Shown piece after piece: positions 13,564 to 24,999 of a DNA stretch of 64,000 bases. The position numbers were made by a program, and so were the translations under genes. The stretch is from Eledone cirrhosa (Eukaryota). The DNA lies in contig OZ024741.1 of assembly GCA_964016885.1 (NCBI GenBank), positions 148,800,001 to 148,864,000 on the forward strand, written 5' to 3'. The notes beneath the pieces were generated by a model. That model did not search any database. It saw only the letters and a program-made list of their open reading frames with translations, and was not told the DNA's origin. Position 1 is the first letter of the stretch, and every line of letters begins with the position of its first letter.

Positions 13564-14793
13564 ACTGCAGCATATGCAGAAACAAATATGTCATATAATC
13601 GGCCTTTCGTACGCAGGGAGAAACCCTTCTTCGTCAGCAGAGGAAGCAGCTCCCTAAACTTCTTCTAACCCGTCCTTATTCTAGATACTATGGCCTCGGA
13701 CCCCCCCCCCCCCCATGCTAATCTGCTCTCCTAGGTAGCGGAAGCTATCCACCACTTCTATAACACCCGCCTGCATTTGAAAAATGTGTCTATCAATGCG
13801 ACTTCTATTGTCTAATTTCCCTGTACACCTACTGCATACGTATTTCCCCCTACCTGTTAGTTTGCCTGCTATCCCACTACATCCCTTGTGTACCCAGGAT
13901 CTGCATTGTGTGCATTTTATAGAATTTATGCCAGTTCCTTTTCTGCATATCGAACACGGCCATTTCCTTGACGGAATCAGAGTTTTGTCCTCTTTTCTAC
14001 TTATCAACACTTTTGTCTTAGCTAGGTTCGCTTTCAGTCCTCTTGCTTCCAACTGCTGTTTCCATAGCCAGATTTTATTCTCTAGCTCCTCTACTGATTC
14101 TGCTATAAGAACCAGATCATCAGCATAGAGAAGTTCCCATGGACAGCCAGTCTTAAACTCCTCTGCTATGGCTTGGAGGACTATAATGAACAAGAGCGGG
14201 CTGAGGACCGAACCCTATGTACCTCTACTTGTATCTGGAATTCCTCACTAAACCCCATTCCTAACCTGACTTTACTGACAGTATCTCTGTACAAAGTTTG
14301 CACTGTCCTCACAAGCCATTCCTCAACACCTAGTTTCCTTAGGGACCACCAGATGACAGATCAGGGTACCCTATCAAAGGCCTTCTCTAGGTCAACAAAG
14401 GCTAAGTATAGTGGCTTATTTTTCTCTAAGAACCTCTTGTAATTGTCTCACCAAGAAAAGGGCATCTGTTGTACTCTTCCCAGGCACAAAACCAAACTGC
14501 ATCTCATCTTGTTTGACCCTTTCTCTAATTAGTTGTGCTAATATCCTTTCTGCCACTTTCATAACCTGATCCATCAGTTTTATACCCCTATAATTGCTCC
14601 TCTCCTGAGCATCCCCTTTACCTTTGTACCATTTTATGAGAATACTGCTGCACCAGTCTTTGAGTATGACACCACCATATATAGCCTGATTGATGATGTG
14701 TGCAACCAGTTTAGTGCCTACGTCCCCTGATGCCTTCAGCATCTCAGCAACTATCCCCGATGGTCCAGCAGCCTTAGCATTTTTCATTTCCTT
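13564..14793 (-). mobile_element. RTE-type LINE fragment, lineage C (RT domain, decayed)
   Basis: ORFs 14416-14787 (KAAGPSG, NYRGIKL, QFGFVPGKSTTDA) and 13681-14193 (LLYADDL, PHD-like Cys/His, YLG), with frameshifts and stops. The 5' end is truncated at (TA)n. Confidence 0.92.
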
Positions 14794-14794
14794 G

Positions 14795-14823
<29 letters not shown>

Positions 14824-14825
<2 letters not shown>

Positions 14826-14932
14826 CATCATCATCATCTTCGTTTAACGTCCATTTTCCATGCTAGCATGGCTATACATACATATATGTCCCACCCTTGC
14901 AAGCAGGGAAAAGCGGACGTATGATGATGATG
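14824..14932. mobile_element. Two ~45-bp RTE/SINE 3'-end stubs, head-to-head
   Basis: (atc)n-ttcgtttaacgtccattttccatgctagcatgg on the minus strand, then gtcccacccttgcaagcagggaaaagcggacgta(tga)n on the plus strand. Confidence 0.75.
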
Positions 14933-15557
14933 TATGAAGGCTGCATCTCATTTTTGAGAATTGCCATCACTTGATCTTTTTCTCACACATAAGTGACACA
15001 AATATGACTTTTTATCCCTGCCAGCTGCAGCGAAAGAAAACTACAACTTTTTCTGGCTTTGGCCAGCCATAGAGGATGGGGGAGGGGAACATCTTTTTTA
15101 GCTATGCTCATGCAGCACATGGGGAAAGATGTTTAGATCAAGTGATGCTTGTGCTTGAAGCTTTTCCCTTTAAGGCTGCCATTGAGTTGCAGGTTTTACA
15201 TCAGTTTTCCTTCTCTTAGAATGAATGATATCCTTACAAGGACCAGAGTTCTCTCGCTCGTGGCGAGCTAACCATGCGTTCGGACACCAAATCAAGTATT
15301 TCCATGTCCTGCAGACACACAATGCTCATATATAATATATATTATGTAGATATAGATATACATGGTTTAGATATGACCACGACCTTCAGTCTTGGTTGGG
15401 GGGGGGGGGGGGCACTTTTTAAACTTTTGTGTTTACTCTGGACGGTAATATATTAACTTCTTGCTCCATTGAGTGCTTTGTGATTGTCACAATTTGATTA
15501 GTACCTGCTATATTGCAGCTACAACTTCGATTCATACCCAATATTATATATATAAAT

Positions 15558-15745
15558 AGGGCGGTGGATTGGCAGTATCGGTAGAGGGTCGGACGCCATG
15601 CTTTCCAGCATAGTTACGTCCCTTTACGATCTGAGTTCAAATCCCGCCGAGGTTGACTTTGCCTTTCATCCTTACGGGGTCGATAAAATAAAGTACCAGT
15701 AATGCACTGGGTAATTGCTGGCCTTGTGCCTAAAGTAGAAACAAA
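15558..15745 (+). mobile_element. tRNA-derived SINE with Nin-like central domain
   Basis: A-box tggcagtatcgg, B-box gagttcaaatcc, core gcctttcatccttacggggtcgataaaataaagtaccag. 18-bp TSD aatattatatatataaat at 15540-15557 and 15746-15763. Confidence 0.9.
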
Positions 15746-15888
15746 AATATTATATATATAAATCTTTTTGTTACCATATTTCTGTGTATAATGTTCTAAT
15801 CATTTTGAAAATAATCTGGAATTTTGAGAGATTTAACAATATAATTAATTTAAAGGTATTCAGTAATATAACTAACTTTTCTCATTAT

Positions 15889-16074
15889 AGGGTGGTGGAT
15901 TGGCAGTATCGGTAGAGGGTCGGACGTCATGCTTTCCAGCATAGTTACGTCCCTTTACGATCTGAGTTCAAATCCCGCCGAGGTTGACTTTGCCTTTCAT
16001 CCTTACGGGGTAGATAAAATAAAGTACCAGTAATGCACTGGGTAATTGCTGGCCTTGTGCCTAAAGTAGAAACA
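15889..16074 (+). mobile_element. Nin-like SINE inserted in a family 1 MITE
   Basis: Near-identical to the 15558 copy, with an attat TSD. The MITE sequence ctcattat|taaactgatgtttggaac resumes after it. Confidence 0.9.
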
Positions 16075-17350
16075 ATTATTAAACTGATGTTTGGAACAGA
16101 AGTTAATAAAGGTTTTTAGATTAAATTATGATGAAAAGTTTTAGACACTTATAAACATTTTAAAATAAACAGCTGAATATTGTTGAACCGTGGTCAGTTT
16201 ATGGTGGTTTAGCATCAAAAGGTGTAGCTATTTTGCTACCAAATTTCTAATGATATACATTTCAAACGATTATAAAAATAACCAAGAATTTAGAGAGATT
16301 AAGTAAGATAACCAACTTTGATATGATTAAGTTGGTGTTTGGAACAAAGATCTTTAACAAAAAATTATGATAGAAAGTTTTAAGATAAATATAATTTAAA
16401 ATTAGGGTTTTGTATCATAGAATCATGGGCAGTTTCAGGCAGTTCTGTAATAAATGAGTCAAGTTAATGCTATTTATGATCCTAAATTATTTAGAGAAAT
16501 GGTGCTACTACATTTTATAAAATACCGTTGACCTAGTCTTCTTTGATTTATGTCCAAGTCTATTTTATCTCAATTCATCATTATAATTAATTTAGTATTG
16601 GTAAAATAGATAGGTACAGCTCTTTGTGTGTGCGCGCTTATCATCATTATTTAACATGTTCTCCCTGCTAGCAAGGGCTGAACAGGTCGTCACAGACCAA
16701 ATCATTACTTAACTGCAGCTACTGACCTCTCAGGTACTTATCTTGCATACATACCTTCCCGTACAGAATGTGTTCCCTGGGTGCATTTTATGGAACCAGC
16801 ACTAAGGTGATTGCCATGAGCTGAAGAGGCTTCTTGACCTTTTGTTTGTCGGGCTTTCTGTTACCAACCATTTTACAATGTGTACTGAACGCATTTATTA
16901 TGTGGATTGCCAACACTAAAGAGGTTGTCATGCCCTCAACACAACTGAAGAGTCCTCGGCTTTTTTTTTGGCATGGTTTGTGCAGCTGCATGGTATACTG
17001 GGTATACTTTCCATGGCATCAATACTAGAGAGGTCATGTAGTGACTGGGTGCATTTTATCATAGACATGTTGTGGGTCTTAGACTTAACTGAAGGGCCTT
17101 CTCGACTCTCTGTGTTTTGGGGGGTATAGGATGGGGAAGTATTTCATGGGTGAGTGACAAGAAGTGGAGGGACTGACAAGATCAATGTCATGTGTGTATG
17201 ATGTGTGAGGGAGAAAAAGTATGTTGTGAATTTGTGAAAACAAAGGAGGGGGGGGGTTATGTTTAATACTAAAGGACTAAATTTAAAATTATAAATCTAT
17301 TGTTTATTTTTATTATATTACAGAGATTGCTCCCTGTTACTAGAGCAAAT

Positions 17351-17694
17351 ATTTATTATTAGTACAGATTAAAAGTTTAAGCAAACAATTTCTGCATTCA
17401 CCATAAGATGATCTCACTTAGGGTGAAAGCAGAAATTGTTTGCTTAAACTTTTAATCTGTACTAATGATTTCTAGTATAGGCCAGCATTTTGGAGGAGGG
17501 ATAGTTGATTAAATTGACCCCAGTATGTTACTGGTGCTTTATTTTATCGACCCCATAAGGATGAAAGGCAAAGTTAACCTCGGCGGGATTTGAAGTCAGA
17601 CTGTAAAGGGACCTAACTTTATTCTGTAAAGCACAGTGTCCGACTCTCTACCGATACTGCCAATCCACCACCCTAATCTGTACTAATAATAAAT
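17351..17694. repeat. Palindromic element with a decayed hammerhead-like centre; right arm interrupted by a SINE
   Basis: Left arm atttattattagtacagattaaaagtttaagcaaacaatttctgc; right arm gcagaaattgtttgcttaaacttttaatctgtactaat[SINE]aataaat. Centre reads gATGAtctcacttagggtGAAA. Confidence 0.75.
17467..17673 (-). mobile_element. Nin-like SINE (variant 3' end)
   Basis: Reverse complement of the 15558 family. 14-bp TSD taatctgtactaat at 17453-17466 and 17674-17687. Confidence 0.88.
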
Positions 17695-18158
17695 GTATCT
17701 ACTTCTGAGGTGTGTTTCTGTATGTAAACAAGATAATTGGTATATTGTAATGTATGTTTGATTTTCAAGGAACCATTAGTTTCATAGTCTTTGTTGACCA
17801 TTATCTAATGTATGTATGTATGTAAGGTTTTACATATGTGCATGTTTACATACATACATACATACATACATACGTACGTACGTACGTGTGTGTGTGTGTG
17901 TGTGTGTGTTTGTCTTCCAAATTTCACTCACTGAGCATTGATCAATCTAAGTTGAAGTTACTTGTCAAAGGTACCATGTAGCTGGACTGAAGGTGGAACT
18001 ATGTGGTTGCCAAGCAAACTCCTTAATGTCTTTGGAAATATAAATTTGAGAAAATAGTTTTATACTAAATTGAAGATTCTATAGACATTATAAAATCTCT
18101 TGGAGGCAGTGCCTCTACATGGTCACATTGCTTTAATCCTAATTAATTTAGATTTAAT

Positions 18159-18389
18159 TTAACTGTTTTATTACCATATTTCTAATGAAAGACACTGCTA
18201 ATACTTTCAAATAATTTTTAAAATAATCAAGAATTTGGAAGGATTTAATAATATAATTAACTTTCTCATTAAATTGGTGTTTTCTAGAACATAATTTAAC
18301 AAAGGTTCTTATATAAAATTGTGATGGAAGGTTTTTAAATAATATAAAACCATGGTTGGTTTCTGGTAGTTTGGTATCTAAAGGGTTAA
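18159..18389 (+). mobile_element. piggyBac-like MITE family 1
   Basis: ttaactgttttattaccatatttctaatgaaagacactgc ... tttggtatctaaagggTTAA. Related copies lie near 6366, 15762, 16230, 21220, 22200, 47270, 49705, 53150, 54647 and 56745. Confidence 0.7.
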
Positions 18390-18552
18390 AAAAAAGGAGG
18401 GTGGAGTAATTCATTATATTAATTTATTTCATTTTATATTTTTTTATCTTCTGTGCTTTATATATGTTTGTACTAGCGTGATAACACATACTCATGCTCA
18501 CACACTCACCATATCCTTTCATATGTTCAACTACAGCAAAACTTGAACTGTT

Positions 18553-18589
<37 letters not shown>

Positions 18590-21331
18590 TGTATGTTTCC
18601 TAACTTATTAAACTGGTATAGTTTATTTTTTGTCCAAATTGTATCCCTTGTCTACATTATCAAGATTGTGTGTGTGTATGTGCGCTAATCTAGTTTGTTA
18701 AGTTGACACAAATCACATTCTTAACCTAGTTTAAATCCTACTACTGCAAGCAAGTCTGTGAATAGACTGGCTTGTGTTGATGATACCATGTAAGCTGCTG
18801 CTGCTGCTTTTTAAGAAACCAACTTCTACTACCAGACAAAGATGTTATTTCAGCTTCTTGCTGCCTGAACCCCGCCCCCTCTCTCTCTCCTGCTCTTACT
18901 TAGTTTGTAGTCTTGTTTCCCCACATTGGCCTAATAATTTGGCTGTTTCTCACACTAACTGGAGGAATACCTGCCCATTCATGAAAGCTTTTTACTATAT
19001 TCCTTTAAACAGTTAGCAAGATAAGGTTTTTACTGCTTTCTGTTGTTGTCATCATCATCATCAACAACTGTAATAGTTATTTGTGAAAGTTTTTTCATAA
19101 TAATTTTGTGAATTTTGGGAGTTGTACTTGTTTGGCAAATAACTTGATCTGAGACCATGTGTTGAAACTCAAGCAACTACATATACCACTGAAGAGTAAT
19201 TTTAACCATTAAAAAATCATATTTCTTTGTGTCAAAATTTTTATCACAGTTTGTGACAGATCGTCACTAATTTAAGAAAGCCAAAAAAAAAAAAAGAAAA
19301 AAAGAAAGAAAGAAATGAAGACCCAAGGTGCCTCCCTCTTAACTAATGGAATATAGCTGTTATTGGTCACTTGTAGCTAGTTTCTTCTCAATGTCTCTAA
19401 TTTCTTCATTGTTGTGGATTTAATGACCAACGGAAGGATTTGAATCCATTCCATTCATCTTCTGATCAATCTTTTGAAGCTAGTTACAATGTACTGCACA
19501 ACATACCCATTTTATAGAACCCTCATGTACCTCCCTCCCAAAGGAAATGTAAGTATAGTAGATATACAGACATGTACTTACACACACACACTTACATACA
19601 TATATATAAATGCATTTTTTTTTACCCAAACTATTTTATTTTTGCTATTCGCTTTTTTCCATGTCTTTTATTCATATGCTTTCACTTGTTAGGCTGAAAC
19701 CACGCTGGGTCAGCACTTCAATCATATAGGCCCCACTACTTTTTTTTTTCCAAGTTTGGTACTTATTTTATTGATGTAACTGCAAAGTTAAATGGCATAA
19801 GCACAGGCATAAATGTAAACAGACATGCGCATGCACACACACACGCATTTTATCTTAAGCTTAATGAAATATGAGAATGTGGAAATTATAAATATTTTAG
19901 TGTTAATAATGATAATTTTTAATTTAGGCAGGTCATCAATTTTAATAATAGTGATGGTTTAATGAAATTTAAACTAAAGTTATAATATAATGTTATTTCT
20001 TTAGAGCAGTTGGTATTGATACATTTACTGTTAGTAATAACAGTTCAATTTTTTTTTTATTATCTACCATATTCATATATAACTAAATACTCATCTACTA
20101 GATGTGTGTGTGTTGCACACCACACATACATACATATGGAAGATATGAGAAAATACTGACAAAAGTATGTTTACATCTTCATACTATTTGACCATAGTTT
20201 CAGTTGTTATTCATTTATATGTGTGTACCCATCATCATCATGTTGCCATGGGCTGGATGGGATTTTTTGAGGCAATGTGTTTTTCACCCAGATATCTCTC
20301 CCCGATATTAACCCTTTTAGTCGCTTGCTGCAACATGCATGGATTTGGGGTACCTATTCTAAATTGAATACACATGTATAGTCAATCACAATATATAATA
20401 GTTGAAGAAATATACTGGACATAGGCATACTCCTGCTTTTACATGCTTGATATATCATCCTTAGAGTTGTGTGTTGATACTCTTTATTCTTTTACTGGTT
20501 TCAATCATTGAACTACAGCCTTTCTACAGCACTGTCTTTTTTCAGGGTTTAATGCAGTGGTTCTCAGCTTTTTTTCTTAGTTGTAGTATATGAGTAAACA
20601 TACACTTACACATACACCCGTTTATGATGATCTTCAGCACAGTTTCCAACTATCAGATTTTAGTCATAAGCCATAGTAGAACATATTTACTTCAGGTGCT
20701 TCACAATGTGACCTGGCACAAAACTACATGGTTGCTAAGTGAACTTAACCAAACAATCATACTTTTTTTTTGTTTTTTTGTTACTTTGAAGGACTTTGAG
20801 CTGAATATTTCTACCAAATGGGATTTATTTTCATTTACCCATATTTGTTGGCACCATCTTTAATTACTGTACTTGTAGCTCAACTAATCATTGATTCTAT
20901 AACCCAGTGTCTGGTCATTGTTATTTTCAGTTGTACATATTTACATTCTGAGTTCAAATGCTATTGATGTTGACTTTATTTCTCATCTTTCCAGGCTTGA
21001 TAAAATAAGCATAGTCCTAGCACTGGGTTTGATCAGCTATATCCTACCTTTAAAAAAATGTGTTGGAGCCTACATTTTGAAATCATCCAGCAGTGAATAT
21101 AAAAACAATGATGATTTTAACATATTTTAAACGTTGTCTCAATAACTTTCTTAAAAACTTGAAACAATACATTTTCTTTACCTGTAATAATTTTTAACAA
21201 AATATATATATATATTTTCTTCCCATTAAATGAAAAGACACTATCAATGATTTTTCAATTAATTTTTAAAATAATCAAGAATTTGCAGAAATTTAATGTA
21301 AATATGTTTCTCATTATTAAGCTGGTGTTTA

Positions 21332-21516
21332 TGCGGTAGATTGGCAGTATCGGTAGAGGGTCTGACGCCATGCTTTGCAGCAAAGAGTTACGGCCCTTTA
21401 TGGTCTGAGTTCAAATCCTGCGAAGTTAACTTTGCCTTTCATCCTTACGGGATCGATAAAATAAAGTACCAGTAATGTACTGGGTAATTGCTGGCCGTGT
21501 GCCAAAAGTAGAAAGA
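21332..21516 (+). mobile_element. Nin-like SINE inserted in a family 1 MITE
   Basis: 19-bp TSD attattaagctggtgttta at 21313-21331 and 21517-21535. Confidence 0.9.
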
Positions 21517-21740
21517 ATTATTAAGCTGGTGTTTAGGAAATAATTTCTTATGATATTTTTAGATAAATATAATGTTCTAGTGCTGATGCCAATGTACACA
21601 GTCAAGTGGTTGGCATTAGAAAAGGCATTCAGCAGTAGTAACCATCCATAAAATGGAATATATAAACAAGATGTGGTCACCCAACCAGTTTTAGACTGCG
21701 AGCCTATCTAACTCATGGGAAAAAGGATGCCAAATGATAA

Positions 21741-21927
21741 TTGTTTCTACTTTAGGCACAAGGCCAGCAACCCAGTACATTACTGGTACTTTATTTTATC
21801 GACCCCGTAAGGATGAAAGGCAAAGTTAACCTCGGCGGGATTTGAACTCAGTATGGAAAGGGCCGTAACTCTATGCTGCACAGCATGGCGTCAGACCCTC
21901 TAACGATTCTGCCAAGTCACCGCCCCC
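21741..21927 (-). mobile_element. Nin-like SINE
   Basis: Reverse complement of the 15558 family. Confidence 0.88.
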
Positions 21928-21979
21928 CTTACCTCCAATACCAACTAATTAACTTATAAAATAATGTACTTATAAAATA

Positions 21980-22164
21980 ATTGTTTCTACTTTTGGCACA
22001 AGGCCAGCAATTAACCCAGTGTATTACTGGTACTTTATTTTATCGACCCCGTAAGGATGAAAGGCAAAATCAACCTCGGCGGGATTTGAACTCAGATCGT
22101 AAAGGGACGTAACTATGCTGGAAAGCATGGCGTCCGACCCTCTACCGATACTGCCAATCCACCG
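21980..22164 (-). mobile_element. Nin-like SINE
   Basis: Reverse complement, nearly identical to the 15558 copy. Confidence 0.9.
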
Positions 22165-22742
22165 TAACAAATGATAATGATGATAAACACTATCATTGGG
22201 GTTATTTAGTTGGTTTTTGAAACAAATCCTAACAAAGGTTCTTGCATAACATTATGATGGAATGTTTTTAGATAAATATAAACATTTAAAAACAGTGTTG
22301 TATTGTAGAATAAGGGGAGTTCTCAGGTATCAAAAGGATTAAAATAATTTGGTCAGTTTTACAACTTTTAATCTGTTCTTATAACACACACACACATATA
22401 CATAAACATATATGTATGTGTGTATATAAATGTATATATATGTGTGTGTGTGTATATATATATATACACACACATATATTTACATATATATATATATATA
22501 TATTAACTAGAAACAGATTGACATATATGTTCGGATATAATGCTCGGATCTATTCATTGGAATCTTCGAGCTTATTCTGCAGTGGATATGGCGCATGTCT
22601 CTGACATGACAACCCTTAATTTAATTTTGTATATATATATAAACATATATATACATACATATGTATATATATATATCTATATCTATATATATACACACAC
22701 ACACACATACATATATACACACATATATACATACACACACAC

Positions 22743-22777
<35 letters not shown>

Positions 22778-22978
22778 TATGTATATTACGATAAGATAAC
22801 ACACATAAACACACACTAGTGAACAAAGATAGAATACAAAAACAAAATAAAATACACTCAAATGCGAACACACACACCAAACATTAAATACACGCATGCG
22901 CAGAGGCAGAGACAAGAATAAATAAATAAATAAAATAAAAATGGCGTAGGCTTCACAATACAACGAGAGGAAACATAA

Positions 22979-23024
22979 TAGTACCACTGATGATGTTGCA
23001 GATATGTGACGAAATAACTTTGAT

Positions 23025-23031
<7 letters not shown>
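22979..23031 (+). ncRNA. Degenerate hammerhead-like motif
   Basis: CTGATGA (22987) t-gttgca-gata-tgtgac GAAA (23011). Stem II pairs with GU wobbles; stems I and III are imperfect. Confidence 0.4.
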
Positions 23032-23067
<36 letters not shown>

Positions 23068-23070
<3 letters not shown>

Positions 23071-23264
23071 TTTTAATATAGATGAGATTCTACAGGACTA
23101 GAACTGTTTCATTCTTTAGAAATCATCAGGAAATTCCTGATGATTTCTAAAGAATGAAACAGTTCTAGTCCTGTAGAATCTCATCTATATTAAAACTTTT
23201 ATACTCTGCAATGTATTGAGTACCTTACTTACTGTGGTTACCTCCGATTCAACCCGGAATAACG
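23068..23264 (+). mobile_element. Palindromic hammerhead-core mini-element (Penelope-like) within (TA)n
   Basis: Perfect 65-bp arms (23068-23198) centred on 23133. The right arm starts cCTGATGAtttctaaagaatGAAAc. A 3' tail runs to 23264. Homolog at 58970-59129. Confidence 0.75.
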
Positions 23265-23494
23265 TATATATATATATATATATATATTTATATGTCCCAC
23301 CCTTGCAAGCAGGGAGAAAGTGGACATGAAAATAAAATCTGTATTTTTAACCTTGGTCAATCAATGATAAACATTGATTGCCAAATAAGTTAACTATGGA
23401 GATATAAAAGATACCAACCCAAATCAAACAGTGAGTGTCTTCCGTTGTTATTCCCGGCAATCTTTTAACAGTATATATATATAATATATATATA

Positions 23495-23536
<42 letters not shown>

Positions 23537-23550
23537 TCTATATAATATAT

Positions 23551-24418
23551 ATCATCATCATCATCAACGTTTAACGTCCGTGTTCCACGCTTGCATGGGT
23601 TTGGACGGGGGTAGTCCCACTTGAGGCAAGAGTGATTGTCTTGCTCGCATAGGACTGTCTGGCAGGTTTTCTACAGTTGGATGCCCTTCCTAACACCAAC
23701 CACATTTACAGTGTGGGTCTGGGAGGTTTTTACCGTGTTGCCTACACGGCCACATTACAGCGTGGACTGTGTGTTTTTTTGTCGTGACACCTACACGATC
23801 TCATTTGTTTCGGCCTCGATGGCGCGGCACCAACATAACTTTACATAGAACGGGGTGGTGTGGATGGGGTGGGGGCGGGGGTGGTGGGACGGGGTGTATT
23901 TTGTTAGAGATGCCTACTGGCTGGAGTAGGTTTTACTATATATTTAGGTAAGGCGGGTCTTCTCTGTTACTGAGTACCGCCAAAGGTCTCGGTCCAGTGA
24001 CATTGTCTTGGAGAGGTGTAAGTGTGTGATGTCGGAGTTTATCAGCTCGTCCCAGGTTTTCCTAGGTCTGCCTATTCCGTGACTACCGTCTATCTTTATT
24101 GCCCTGCACTTTGTTATACAGCTATCGACTTTCATGCGCATCACGTGTCCATACCAACGTAGCCTTCTCTCGAGTAAACAACATCTGATCCCTCTTATCT
24201 CTAATTTTTTCCTTAGTTCGTTTATGCTTTGCTGTTCACGTATATTACTGTTACACATCCAGCGGAGCATGCAAGCTTCGTTCCTCTCTAGTCTGCGTAT
24301 ATCCTCTGCACACAATGCCCAGGTCTCACTGCCGTGCAGCATTGCTGTTCGTATGCAGGCATCGTACAACCTGCCTTTCATTTTTAGTGAGAACCCTTTA
24401 GCAGCTAATAGTGGTATA
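23551..24418 (-). mobile_element. 5'-truncated RTE-type LINE, lineage A
   Basis: ORF 23944-24381 (HGSETW, RLRWYGHVMRM, GRPRKTW), 3'UTR and (GAT)n tail; flanked by (TA)n. Confidence 0.93.
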
Positions 24419-24531
24419 TATATATATTATAACTGTCCCTAATATTTTTTCACTACCAAATCAACTTTTCAAATAGAAGTCGAAGTTGAAAGGTATGTCG
24501 AATCTATCTATTTATAAGACTGTTTATATTG

Positions 24532-24597
24532 TATTTTGTCTGAAGAAGGCATAACATATTTATAATATGATATCCCTGAAATATATATAATGAAATA
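24532..24597 (+). ncRNA. Type I hammerhead ribozyme in a Penelope-like repeat (24445-24640)
   Basis: tattttgt-CTGAAGA-agg...cct-GAAA-tatata-TA^atgaaata. Stem I is 8 bp with 2 GU pairs, stem II is long, and stem III is palindromic. Confidence 0.7.
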
Positions 24598-24653
24598 AAT
24601 ATGGTTTTATATATATAGTTTCCATATATTTAATATCGTATATATTATATATA

Positions 24654-24732
<79 letters not shown>

Positions 24733-24766
24733 ATTATATATATATATTATATATATATATTATATA

Positions 24767-24852
<86 letters not shown>

Positions 24853-24929
24853 ATTATATATATATATTATATATATATATATATTATATATATATATATA
24901 TTATATATATATATTATATATATATATAT

Positions 24930-24960
<31 letters not shown>

Positions 24961-24999
24961 ATATATATAATATATTATATATATATATATATATTATAT

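Noticed and set aside
15558-15650. tRNA genes at A/B-box motifs
   Set aside because: These are SINE heads followed by SINE bodies and TSDs, with no full cloverleaf.
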